64,000 nt of DNA from Eledone cirrhosa (lineage: Eukaryota), in assembly GCA_964016885.1 (NCBI GenBank), contig OZ024747.1, positions 70,680,001 through 70,744,000 of the forward strand. The letters run 5' to 3'. A program made the position numbers and the translations under genes. Under the pieces are notes generated by a model. It did not search any database and was not told where the DNA came from. It saw only the letters and a program-made list of their open reading frames with translations. Shown piece by piece: positions 1-14,396 of the stretch; within the stretch, counting starts at the first letter, position 1, and each line of letters begins with the position of its first letter.

Positions 1-1035
1 TCTATGTGTTCTAGGGAAATGTTTATCTAGGAGCTCTAGGAATGTTTTGCCTACATTAGTTTTAACTGCTAGAGAGTAGGGGGGGGGGGGGGTGAACCAG
101 ATTATTTTTCTTTTCCTGTTTTTATGTTTAATAGAGTTAGTATAGTTGGTATGCATTTAATCGGTTCGCTAAAACCGCTATTTTGGAGGGCTTTATTATA
201 GTAGGGGGATGCCTTATTAAAAATAGCTTCTGAGGAAGAGAGGGTGGAGATCCTACGGCTAATATTAGGGATAAGGTTTTTAAAAACTATAGGAGGATGG
301 TAAGAGCCTTTATTTATATATTTTAAGTTTTCATTAGGTTTATGGTATGGTTTATAAGAAGCAGTAGGCAAATCTAGGTTTATATCTAGGAAATCTACAT
401 TGGAAAGGTTAGTGTCAATAGTAATTTTAAGATTAAAACTAGCGAAGGTTTTATTAAGTCTTTCCTTAATCTATCTAAGTTATGGCCTATGGTGGTATGG
501 GAAGTATTAGACCATCGTTGCGATAAAGCCCAAAAATATGGTTAGGAAATTTTTCTTTAAGTGTATGTAGGAGGAATAGGCCGACCAAATCACAAACATC
601 AGCACTGTCATAAGAGCCCATTGAGACATCGAATGAGCTCTCTGGGTTAGATATTTTTACCCAAGTGTCATTATCAGTAAAGAGTAGAATGTTTCTAGCG
701 TGCAAGATGACATTCTCTTCAATATCGGAGATATTAGTAAACCTTCTAGCGAAATTTAAAGCTTTCGCTAAAAGGGTCTGAGTGATAGATGGGTAGAAAT
801 CTACTATGTCAAATTGGGTGAATCTAGAACTATTTTTGTTTTTAATATTATTAAACCAATGTACTACGGAAGAGCTATTTATCCATTGGAGGAATTTAGA
901 CTTCTAATGTGTGTATTTATATTATTTAAAATTTTTTTGCTGGCAAGAACAATATCAGTCTTAGCAGGGTTGATTATTCTACAACTAGGACGATCAATAA
1001 AGTCGGGTTTGTGATCTTTAAGGGTGATGTACGCA
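1..1035 (-). mobile_element. Penelope-like element reverse transcriptase fragment, frameshifted (Hydra-type PLE); runs off the window to the left
   Basis: Minus-strand ORFs 879-1073 (AYITLKDHKPDF..CRIINPAKTDI), 487-705 (FDVSMGSYDSADVCDLVGLFLL..GLYRNDGL) and 102-371 (YKPYHKPNENLKYINKGSYHPP..ISRRISTLSS) are colinear with the RT of the 37453-39459 element. Confidence 0.9.
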
Positions 1036-1039
1036 TTGC

Positions 1040-2675
<1,636 letters not shown>

Positions 2676-2681
2676 CTATAT

Positions 2682-2725
<44 letters not shown>

Positions 2726-2830
2726 CATATATATATATATACATATATATATACATACATCATATATATATATATACACATATATATGTATATATAGATA
2801 CATATATATGTATATATAGATACATATACA

Positions 2831-2863
<33 letters not shown>

Positions 2864-2864
<1 letters not shown>

Positions 2865-4168
2865 CATATGAATAAAATTAGTCCTTCATCAGTGATTTTC
2901 CAACCTTCATTGGTATTTCTTCGCTTTAAAGATCATATATCTCTGGTTGGTGCGAGCAATAACTAAAGAAAGTTATTGGGACACGTAAATAGGGTGAAGC
3001 GAGCGAGACATGTAAACAAACAAAGATGGTAATGCAACGGAAAGAGAGGAAGAGAAGTGACAAGTCCGTGATATCTATGAACTTAAGCTCGGTGAAATCA
3101 TAGACGAGTGGTAAAGAAGATTCGACCTGGGTGAGATGTGAGCGAGAAAAGGATTTCACACAGGTCAAACGGCAGGAAGTGAGAGAGGGGGAGAAGCAGA
3201 GAGTGAGTGAGTGAAAGTGTGAGGAAGAGGCCAGCTGAGAGAGAGTGACTGGCAGAGGGGGTAAAAAGAAGGTGAGAGATAACAGAGAAAGGGGAAGCAG
3301 TAAGAAAGAAAGACAGGTCGCAGCGGAGGAAAAAATATAAATATATGAAAAATGGCGTGCTGCGTGGTTGCACATGGGTTACATATGAATAAAATTAGTC
3401 CTTCATCAGTGGTCTTCCAACCTTCATTGGTATTTCTTCGCTTTAAAGATCATATACCTCTGGTTGGTGCGAGCAAAGAAAGTTCTTGGGACAGGTAAAA
3501 TAGGGTGAAGCGAGCGAGACATGTAAACAAACAAAGATGGTATTGCAACGGAAAGAGAGGAAGAGAAGAGACAAGTCCGTGATATCTATAAACTTAAGCT
3601 CTGTGAAATCATAGATGAGAGGTAAAGAAGATCCGACCTGGGCGAGATGTGAGCGAGAAAAGGATTTCATACAGGTCAAACGGGAGGAAGTGAGGGAGAG
3701 GGAGAAGCAGAGAGTGAGTGAGTGAAAGGGTGAGGAAGAGGCCAGCTGAGAGAGAATGACTGGCTATACCTCTGGTTGGTGCGAGCAATAACTGAAAAAA
3801 AAGTTATTGGGACACGTAAATTAGGGTGAAGTGTGACCTTTTCTCGCTCACATCTTGCCCAGGTCGGATCTTCTTTACTTCTCGTCTATGATTTCACCGA
3901 ACTTAAGTTCATAGATATCACGGACTTGTCTCTTCTCTTCCTCTCTTTCCGTTGCATTACCATCTTTGTTTGTTTACATGTCTCGCTCGCTTCACCCTAT
4001 TTTACGTGTCCCAATAACTTTCTTTAGTTATTGCTCGCACCAACCAGAGATATATGATCTTTAAAGCGAAGAAATATCAATGAAGGTTGGAAGATCACCG
4101 ATGAAGGATTAATTTTATTCATATGTAACCCATGTGCAACCACGCAGCACGCCATTTTTCATTTTTTA
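2864..4168. repeat. ~518-bp non-coding unit: about 1.8 tandem copies followed by an inverted partial copy, between (TA)n arrays
   Basis: catatgaataaaattagtcc at 2864 and 3382; 3833-4165 is the reverse complement of the unit; a short piece of the same family lies at 26235-26310. Confidence 0.85.
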
Positions 4169-4175
4169 TGTATAC

Positions 4176-4257
<82 letters not shown>

Positions 4258-4262
4258 CTTAA

Positions 4263-4299
<37 letters not shown>

Positions 4300-4381
4300 A
4301 TTAAAATATATATATTTTAATATATATATATTTATTAAAATCGAGCCCTTTTTGGATTTTAATCTTCAATTTTATTATTAT

Positions 4382-4417
<36 letters not shown>

Positions 4418-4421
4418 ACAT

Positions 4422-4754
4422 TCATCATCATCATCATTTTACGTCCACTTTTCCCTGCTTGCAAGTGTGGGATGGGAACTGATTCTGGCTCAATTTCTAC
4501 AGCTGGATGCCCTTCCTAACACCAACCTAATTTACAGTGAGTGCTGGGTGCTTTTTTGCCGTGGCACCTCCACGGCCACTTTGCAGTGGAATGATATGGA
4601 TTCAAGTCCCTACCATTTCTACAGCTGAGTAAACTGGAGCAATGTGAAATAAAGTGTCTTGCTCAAGGAAACAACACATCACCTGGTCTGAGAATTGACC
4701 TCACAACCTTTCGATTGCAAGGCCAATGCTCTAACCACTAAGCCATGTGCCTCC
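4422..4754 (-). mobile_element. tRNA-derived CORE-type SINE with RTE-derived 3' tail, full length
   Basis: Reverse complement of the 62019-62360 copy: A box TGGCTTAGTGG, B-box region, CORE-like ccttgagcaagacact..ctccagtttactcagctgta, (ATG)n tail. Confidence 0.88.
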
Positions 4755-5012
4755 ATATACATATATATACATATATATACATATATATATATACATATAT
4801 ATACATATATATACATACATACATATATATATATATACATACATATATACATACATACATATATATATACATACATATATATATACATATATATATATGT
4901 ATGTATATACATACATATATATATATATTTACATATATATATATATATATGCACGCACACGCACACACACACATATATATTCATATATATATATATATGC
5001 ACACACGCACAC

Positions 5013-5051
<39 letters not shown>

Positions 5052-6049
5052 TGGGGGGGGAGAAATAACAGAAAATGGGTGTATGTGTATGTGTGCGAGA
5101 GATACAGAGAGAAGGAGAGAGAGCGCTGATAAGCAAATAAAGGGTAGGGGTAAAGACAGAGAAGGAGGAGGAAAGGAAGAAGTAGTGGATGAGGGTGAAC
5201 ATGGACAGTTGAGGAAAGAAGTTGTTAGGGTGAAGTACCAAACAAAATCAGATGTCATTTAAAAGAGGGCTAAAATAAATGAGGCAAGGAGGGTAGATAG
5301 AAGCTTAAGGAGCCAAGGGGCAGAAGAGCAGGAGAGGAATAGATGAAGAAAGGGGAGGAGGTTGAAAGAGCAGTGCTTGGGGCAACAATGAGAATCAGAT
5401 TTCATTTAAAGAGAGAGAGGAGAGGGAGAGAGAGACAAGGAAGTTATGTAAGGAAAAACCATATGACTATAATGTGGACAAAGGAAGAAAAGAATGGGGA
5501 GAGGGGAGAGGAAGATGGAAAAAATATAGAAGAGGAAGGTTAAAGGATAAAAGACAAAGAAGAAGAAGAAGAAGAAGGGGGAGGAGGAGAGACAGTTCAT
5601 ATATAGGAAACCCATTTTCAACAAGGGATGAAGGTGTCTCCTGGACCACGATATATAGCAAAGTAAAATACTTAATTTCAATGCTTGGTCATTATATTTC
5701 AATTCTTAATGAATGTCGAAAAATATGGTGAAAATTATTATTATTCTAATAATTATTAGTAAGCAGAAATGTGTAATACTTATGAAAATAAAAATTGAGA
5801 ACATTAGTAATATACAATATATGATAAATATAAGCATTAATATAGCAGTATGAATGAGAGGTTTACTTGACAACCACATGTCTGTGTGGTCCCTCAACTA
5901 TAGACTTCGGCTAACCAATGCCTTGCCTTATGAGTGAAATTTGGTTGACAGAAACTATGCAAAAGTCCATCATTTACGCACACAAACAAACACGATGTAT
6001 TCTCTTGTCATGTTTTACACATGAGGGCCATATAATTTTACTTTACATT

Positions 6050-6445
6050 TACTCCACATTTTCGTGTTTGTGTCTTCTGTGAGACTCTAACTCTGCTTTC
6101 ATGTTGCAAACCAAACCATATCCTTCATTCACAAAATGTTGAAAAGAAGCTGCATTTTTTTTATCTTGCCTTAGGTCACCTAGGTGTGCAAACCTTGTGA
6201 TAACATGATTCCTGATGCCATTTTTACAGGTTTTCTCCACCTATTACAGTTAGCTGCACATTCTTCAAATTCTGATGCTTGTATTCCAATATGCTTGATA
6301 TTTTCCATCAGTTTATCATTGTACTATAAAAAGGTCTTCCTCAATTTTGCACTCCCACCTGACATTGGGCATGAGTGAGAATTTTCAGCAGTCTTTCAAC
6401 TTTCAATATGGTCAGCCCGTCTTAACTGAGACTGCATCAGGAATA
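6050..6445 (-). mobile_element. Old RTE (BovB-type) LINE C-terminal fragment
   Basis: Minus-strand translation pieces MQSQLRRADHI and EFEECAANCNRWRKPV, plus a decayed zinc finger (GLVCNMKAELESHRRHKH), resemble RTE ORF C-termini. Confidence 0.6.
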
Positions 6446-6795
6446 CCCCTTCGATTTGTATATTTTATTTATGAAACAACTGTTCATTAGAGACTTTGTC
6501 CTTCCAAGTGAAACCACAGATATCTCTAATATATCTCTTGTAGAAAGTATTTACCTGTGTGATATGTTTTCTATATGGTTTCCACAATCAAGACCCATTC
6601 AGCAATGTTGAGATGACAACTCCACAACAAATTAAGATTTTGGATTTCGAACTCAATCCTATCTTATTCTATATCCTTGTTCACAGCCTTTCCAAAGGCA
6701 TCTCTCATCTTGGCAATCCTATTTACTATCTCATCATCTATAGAAGTGCTAGAATTGATTTTACTTCCTAAGCTTAAGTATAGGAAGAAATTCAT

Positions 6796-6834
<39 letters not shown>

Positions 6835-7073
6835 GATATTAATAAATTGAAACTATATTTATAAAACCATATTTAATCTATTATATATATTTCAAGGGTA
6901 CCAAAACTTTGGTACGCTATATATATATATGTGTGTGTATTGAGGCACCTTTTGGTCACAAATGACCATGATTTTGCTCAAGAACTCAACATAGCACCTG
7001 GTCCAGGATTCAAACTCACAACCTTACAATTGAGAGCTCAATGCTCTAACTAAAAAGCCATGCATTCTTTACT

Positions 7074-7106
<33 letters not shown>

Positions 7107-7108
<2 letters not shown>

Positions 7109-9682
7109 CATCATCATCATCATCATCAACGTTTAACGTCCGTGTTCCACGCTTGCATGGGTTTGGACGGGGGTTTTCCCACTTGAAGCAAGAGTGGTTG
7201 TCTTGCTCGCATAGGACTGTCTGGCAGGTTTTCTACAGCTGGATGCCCTTCCTAACACCAACCACGTTTACAGTGTGGGTCTGGGAGGTTTTTACCGTGT
7301 TGCCTACACGGCCACATTACAGCGTGGACTGTGTGTTTTTTTGTCGTGACACCTACACGATCTCATTTGTTTCGGCCTGGATGGTGTGGCACCAACATAA
7401 CTTTACATAGGAGGGGGTGGTGTGGATGGGGTGTGGGTGGTGGGACGGGGGTGTATTTTGTTAGAGATGCCTACTGGCTGTAGTAGGTTTTACTATGTAT
7501 TTAGGTAAGGCGGGTCTTCTCTATTACTGAGTACCGCCAAAGGTCTCGGTCCAGTAACATTGTCTTGGAGAGGTGTAAGTGTGTGAGGTCGGAGTTTATC
7601 AGCTCGTCCCAGGATTTTCTAGGTCTGCCTATTCCGTGGCTACCGTCTATCTTTATTGCCCTGCACTTTGTTATACAGCTATCGACTTTCATGCGCATCA
7701 CGTGTCCATACCAACGTAGCCTTCACTCGAGTAAACAACATCTGATCCCTCTTATTTCTAATTTTTTCCTTAGTTTGTTTATGCTTTGCCGTTCACGTAC
7801 ATTACTATTACACATCCAGCGGAGCATGCAAGCTTCGTTCCTCTCTAGTCTGCGTATATCCTCTGCGCACAATGCCCAGGTCTCGCTGCCATGCAACATT
7901 GCTGTTCATATGCAGGCATCATACAACCTGCCTTTCATTTTTAGGGAGAACCCTTTAGCGGCTAATAGTGGTATAAGCTCTCTGAACTTTTTCCATCCAG
8001 TTCTGACTCTAGCTACTGTACTTTCAGAGCACCCTCCCCCACTGCTGATTTTGTCACCCAGGTAACGGAAGCTGTCCACTATTTCTATAGAGCCCTCTGC
8101 GCAATTGAAAGAGTTAGTATTTTGTGGGCACTCGCTGCTACTTATTGCACCAGAGCACCGCCCACATGTAAAATCTAAGTTCTTAGTTAGCTTACCTGTG
8201 ATCCCACTACATCTTTTATGCACCCATACTTTGCATTTGGGACATAAAATGGAGTTTCTACCTACGCCTTTCCTACACACTGAGCATGGCCATTTCCCGG
8301 AAGGGACCGCCGCCTTATTTTCTTTCCTACAAACTAGAACTTTAGTCTTAGCCAGGTTAATTTTAAGGCCTTTTGATTCTAGGCCGTGCTTCCATGTTTG
8401 GAATTTCTTCTCTAGCTCGGCCATTGATTCAGCTATGAGTATCAGGTCGTCTGCGTATAGGAGTTCCCATGGGCAGCCGGTCTTGAACTCCTCTGTTATA
8501 GCCTGAAGGGCAATAATAAATAGTAGGGGGCTGAGAACAGAGCCCTGATGGACGCCAATTTTACGCTAAACTCTTCACTATATTCGTTGTTAATTCTAAC
8601 CTTGCTGACTATTTCTTTATACATGGCTTGTATAGCTCTCACAAGCCATTCGTCGACACCTAGTTTTCTAAGGGCCCACCAGATAATGGAACGGGGACTC
8701 TGTCGAAGGCTTTCTCCAAGTCGACAAAAGCTAAGTAGAGGGGTTTACCTTTAGCTAGGTACTTCTCCTGTAGTTGACGTACAATGAAAAGAGCGTCTGT
8801 GGTACTTTTGCCTGACATAAACCCGAACTGCATTTCATCTAGGTCAATTCTCTCTCTGATTAGTTGCGCTATTACTTTTTCCGTGCCCTTCATGACCTGG
8901 TCGATTAGTTTAATGCCTCTATAGTTACTCCTATCTAGGGCATCTCCTTTACCCTTATAACAGTTAATGATGATGCTGCTATGCCAGTCCTTCGGAACAA
9001 CCCCATTCTGTACGACTTGGTTAACTATCAGGGTGACCATGGTGTGTCCCACCGAGCCAGATGCCTTCAGCATCTCAGCAACTATTTCCAAAGGCCCAGC
9101 CGCCTTACCCGTCTTCATATCCTTGATTGCCTTACTTATTATACTACCCTCGACTAACACTGCTGGTCCCTCTATTGGGTCGATGTGGGGGATACTGTCT
9201 TTCTCCCAATTATTCTCCTCATTTAGTAGCCTTTCATAGTGGCACTTCCAAGCTACCTTCTTTTCAGCGTCGGTGATGGCAAGTACGCCGTCATCATTAA
9301 GTACACACTTCTCGCCGACAATATCACGGTTTTCCTTGACACATTGCCTAGCAATCCTGAACACCTCACGTTTTTGGTCCTCGCGTTGTAGAACATGCTT
9401 GAACTTTCTTTCCTCTGCTTCCCTTCTTGCGAAGTACACTTGTCTCCTAGCCTCACTCCTGGCCACTTGATAGTCTTCTCTACTTCCCCCATCCCGCCAT
9501 ACTTTCAAAGCCTGCTTTTTGGCCTTAATTGACCCCTCCACCCTACTGTTCCACCACCATTCTACTCTCCTCCTGCCTACAGGCCTGCTCCAGCCATAGA
9601 CTTCGTCTGTCGCCATCAGCAGGTTTGCTTTCAGAAATTCCCACTGTCCCTCTATATTGTCCGACTCTAAATGCTCTTCCTT
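7107..9682 (-). mobile_element. RTE-clade LINE, 5'-truncated and disrupted; RT with internal PHD finger, 3' UTR and (ATG)n tail
   Basis: KGKGDALDRSNYRGIKL, QFGFMSGKSTTDA, AFVDLEKAFDRVP, PWELLYADDL (~8440-8470), C4HC3 motif, GRPRKSW; frameshifts and a CGA>TGA stop at 7906. Confidence 0.95.
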
Positions 9683-9730
9683 ACATATACATATATATAC
9701 ATATATAGATATATAGATATATATATGTAC

Positions 9731-9784
<54 letters not shown>

Positions 9785-9880
9785 CATATATATATATATA
9801 TAGAATAGCTTTCACCATATTTTTTTTTACTAAAGTAATTTTAGTCTGATAATGGAGTTTAGAACCCTCAGATAAATGGA

Positions 9881-9918
9881 AAAAGATGAGTATTGATGTA
9901 CATCAATACTCATCTTTT
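9881..9918. repeat. Perfect 38-bp palindrome
   Basis: aaaagatgagtattgatgtacatcaatactcatctttt is its own reverse complement. Confidence 0.9.
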
Positions 9919-11317
9919 GGCCGTCCTATATTTGGTTCCTTTCATTCGCCACATGTCAATCAAACTTGTTTCTTAAATTAGAATTACTACTGTAAGAGGT
10001 AAGGGGTAATATCATTGAACCGCTCGCGCCCTGTCTACGCCTTCTCAACCTGTAAATGCCCTCACCCATGTCTATGTTTTGTGGAGGCGTGAAACATATG
10101 GGCACTTATACACCCACAGCGATCACCCGCAACAATCACAGTAGACATTGAATGTGCAGCGAATACTTAGAAATAATTTTTTTTTAAATGGAAAAACATT
10201 TAACAGAACATTTCAGAAAAACAGACCCTCAGAATACCTTAAAAAACACACATTTCAAAAAGAAAAACCCAATTATATATATATATATATATATATATGA
10301 ATATATGTATATATGCATGAAAGTGTGTGTATATATATATATATATATACACACACACTTTCATACATATATACATGTGTGTGTCTGCATCTACATCCTC
10401 ACAGCTTAACACACTATTTTTCGTATATTTCTCATATTCTAGCAGTTTGACAAATAGAAATTTGTGAAATAAATGCCAGGCTTAAAAATAAGTATAAAGG
10501 TTGATGCAATCAACTAAATCCTTTGAAAGCAAAGGCCTAAGAATGGCCAAGGTCTAACTAAAGAAACAAGTAAATGAATAAAAGTGTAAAAGAATGTAGT
10601 TTGATATAGTTACGAAAAATTATTTATTGAAAGAATATCATTTTCATTTCTCTAGATCAATAGTTTTGACTCATTCATGAGGATAGTTTTGTCTTTTAGT
10701 TCACTATATTATATTGTAATTAAAAAAAAGATCAACATATTTCAGAAAGCTGACTTAGACATGCATAAATACTCATGTATATAGTTTATAACACTTGTCA
10801 GATTGATTACTGATCTCTCTATATAAAATGAAAAATATTACATACTATATATTGTAAACAAAAATGTAAAAAAAAATCAACAATAATAAATAATGAAAAA
10901 ATAAAAAGCAGCTAAGATGAAAATAGTGTCACACAGATATATATTTCATGTATTTTCTTTTAATATTCAATGTGTTAAGCAATAAATATGGAAATGTGTA
11001 AAATATATGAATAACTGAGCATGTTTGTCCATCAGTCAAAAAGTGATATGTAGATAAACAATGAAAATAATACAGATGGCTTCCTCACATGATGCTAACA
11101 AGCATGCATGTTCTTTTATTAAGTTTCTGATAAGAAAGAAAACCACCAAAAAATTAGATAAAAACAATAATACATACCCCTCACATCATTATCCAGAAAG
11201 AACAAAATACCAATGAAGCTACTTGTTTATCTATTTTTATATCTACCATTACATAGAAATGTTCGTTTTTACATACATACTTCCAGGCACACATTTAAGT
11301 ATGTATTTGTGTGTGTG

Positions 11318-11354
<37 letters not shown>

Positions 11355-11359
<5 letters not shown>

Positions 11360-11461
11360 TTTATCCTGGGTTCAATCGGGGATAACTACAGTAAGGTACT
11401 GCTATGTATTGAGTACCTTACTTACTGTGGTTACCCCCGATTGAACCTGGGATAAACTTAT
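11355..11461. repeat. Imperfect inverted repeat (~46-bp arms) at the 5' end of an HHR-bearing unit
   Basis: aagtttatcctgggttcaatcggggataactacagtaaggtact pairs with agtaccttacttactgtggttacccccgattgaacctgggataaactt. Confidence 0.85.
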
Positions 11462-11470
11462 CTTAACCAG

Positions 11471-11521
11471 GGCTTCCTGATGATTTCTCCTGAATGAAAC
11501 AGTTCTAGTCCTGTAGAAGCC
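11471..11521 (+). ncRNA. Type I hammerhead ribozyme motif
   Basis: ggcttc-CTGATGA-tttctcctgaat-GAAAC-agttctagtcct-GTA-gaagcc; perfect 6-bp stem I, acag/ctgt stem III, weak stem II. Confidence 0.85.
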
Positions 11522-12629
11522 ATTTATATATTAAATATATATAGTTTTGTATACATTAGAAAGAGTTGGGACCTGACAGCGGAGTTCTTGTCGTTTCAAC
11601 TGCTAGTTCCATATCTTCTTGCAATATTACTTTTGATATGATGGTAAGATGAAATTTAAGAGAGGTTTGGCAGCTATTTCTAGCAGGTTCAATGACCAAG
11701 TAGAGTTTTTCTCATTGGCTTGCATTACAAATGTCATAGGTAAAGTTTGGCAGCAGCTAAGGCAGTAGGAGTTAAGTATCATTATTGGTGGCCTGGTTGA
11801 GAAATTGGGGAGGATGCCAGGGTAAAATAAGTATTTGACCATATGGACAGTTCACCAACTCCATATTGCCTTCAGTATCTGCAATACAAGTGATATACTT
11901 GAGTCAAGCAGAACACTCACATTTGGAATATATATTCTTGAATACAAATTAAATATATATTCTTTAGCGATAATAAGGAACATTTATGTAGAATCTATAG
12001 AATATTTTGCTAATTATAATGAATATATTCAACAGTATAGTCATTTTAAATCAGTATTCTATTCTGATATCAATATTAAACCTGCTTCTGTAAAATGATA
12101 GCTGTGTAAAATCTATTAATGATCAATCATATAAAATTTAATCTAACTTGATACCGATGTATCTTTAATAAGATACAATCCTATTATTTACATAAAAGTA
12201 GGGTGATGGATTGCCAGAGAGTTTACCTTTCTAAATTAAATACAGATTAAATACAGCTGTTAATTTCACCCATTTCTGTTCTGAGTTTAAATCTGAGTTT
12301 ACTTTTACTCACCCATAAATGAGTGGCTGCCACTTTAATATTTGTTCATTATAAAGTTTGATAATTCTTTCTTAATTTTAAACTTTAGTAATATTATCTT
12401 CAAATTTGAATCTGTCCATGGCCATGTTTCAAATGAAATACATTGCATATATATTTCAATTAATTTTGAAAATAATTATAAATTTGGAGAGATTTAATAA
12501 AATAATATTTTTTATTATTAAGCTGGTGTTTGGAACAATTTTTATTCATCTATTTATTTTCAAAAAATTACACATGCATGTTCACTTGCATACAAACTTA
12601 AATCTACAGTCAGTAGGCACCCCTTAACC

Positions 12630-12935
12630 TAATATACACCCACCCCACACAACCTACTCCATCCTCCCATTTCTGTCCACTGTAAAGTGGTCGTGTCTGT
12701 CACATGACAAAAAGCACCCAGTCCACACTGTAAAGTGGTTGTGAAGGAGAGACGGTAAAAAGGCTCCCAGTCCACACTGTAAATGTGGTTGGTGTTAGGA
12801 AGGGCATCCAGCTGTAGAAAACCTGCCTGGGACAGTTCTGTATGAGTGAGATACGGTCTCCCAACAAATCTTGCCTCAAGTGGAACAAAACTGTCCAACC
12901 CATGCTAGCGTGGACGATGGACATTAAACAATGAT
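12630..12935 (+). mobile_element. RTE 3' UTR fragment
   Basis: ggtgttaggaagggcatccagctgtagaaaacctgcc..aacccatgctagcgtggacgatggacattaaac is homologous to the 3' end of the 7107 element. Confidence 0.8.
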
Positions 12936-12959
12936 GTTGGATAGGTTTGTTGCTGAGTG

Positions 12960-13660
12960 CTGCATGGCAGGAATGAAAATGAGTGCTGCAAATACTGAGA
13001 CACTCACGCTCTTATGAAGGCCTGTGCAGTGCACTCTACATGTGAGTGGTGTTCCACTGAAGCAGGTGGAGATATTCTTGTGGCTGTATTCATCAGTGAT
13101 GGAAGCAGGAGGATGAATTAAGTGCAAGAATTGTAGGAACTAGTGCAGTAATGTACCAGCTTCAGCATTCAGTCATTAGAAGAAGGGAGGTAGGTGTAAG
13201 AGCCAAACCTGCTATCTTCAATTCACTGTTCATGCCAGAACCTTATCTATGGTCACGAATCTTGTGTAATGATCAAAAGAAGACGATTTCAAATTCAAGT
13301 GGCTGAAATAGGGTTCCTCCGAAGGGTCTTTTGGAATATTATTGCTCAATAGAGTGCTTAGCTTAGAGATCAGAGTCATTCCAAGTAGAGCCACTACTGA
13401 ATTAAAAGATCACAACTCCGATAATATGGAAATGTTGTTAGAATGTTTCAAAAGATCTGCTGGACAGATTTTATGAACGAAACCAACTGGCAGGGGACCT
13501 AGGAGTAAACCCTGAGCAAGATAGTTGGATATTATCCCTGAGCTCAGCTGGTCTTGCTTGATGATCCAGCTGGATCAATTGGAGACAGTTGCTTCTGACA
13601 GAACCCACTAAAGGTTGTGCTAGGGGATTCTGCCCTCTTGACCCTCACAGGAATAGGTGA
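12960..13660 (+). mobile_element. Old RTE-type LINE RT C-terminal fragment (second family)
   Basis: Decayed translation AVMYQLQHSVIRRREVGVRAKPAIFNSLF..LIYGHESCVMIKRRRFQIQVAEIGFLRRV; homologous to 46300-46680. Confidence 0.75.
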
Positions 13661-14356
13661 TCAAACTGGTGTGGCTCAATTCAATGCCTTTTATATCAAC
13701 TAGTACCTTTCTCAATGATGAGTGTATATGTATTGAAGTTGCTTTGTAGCTCGGCCTCCATGTATGTGAGCCATAAAAATGCTTTTATAAGACTACTATT
13801 GTTGATAAGTTAGAACCACACATCTCTTACCATCACAATATGGGATATTTCCCTTCCCGTGCTGCTTTGCATTGTAACATTAAGAGGAGTCTTGTTGCAG
13901 CAATTTTACTATTAAAATTCACTCTTCTCTACCTCAGCTGCAGCTATGATAGAGACTGGGATGAGATAACCCTTTGCTTGCTTTATAAGAGTAGGTTACT
14001 TCTCAGAGATGCCACGTGTTATGACATTTTCTCTAGTACCTGCTTTATCACTTGAACCTTAAATTTGGTCACCCATGATCTAGAAAAGTATATGTTCAAA
14101 TAGCAGGATTTTCTGTACCAGTCACTGTTGAAGCTTATAGTATCTTCTGATTGCCATTTACCTCAGCTGAATCAGAATTAGGGCATCATGTCTAAAGAAA
14201 GAGATCTATTAGGTGGAATGACAGATGCAGCAGGTGTTTATGGGAGTTTTCCAAGGCAAAACTTTTACCATCTTTTTTTTTATGAAGAACAGCTGAGATG
14301 TACAGTCCAGACTTGCTATATACCTGGCTATTTTTACCTACCTATTACTAAAATAC

Positions 14357-14396
<40 letters not shown>

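Noticed and set aside
5100-5600. Arg/Glu-rich ORFs
   Set aside because: Purine-rich low-complexity sequence with (GAA)n; no domain evidence
7565-8506. Plus-strand ORFs of 166 and 133 aa (and 60019-60582)
   Set aside because: Antisense shadows of the RTE coding strand
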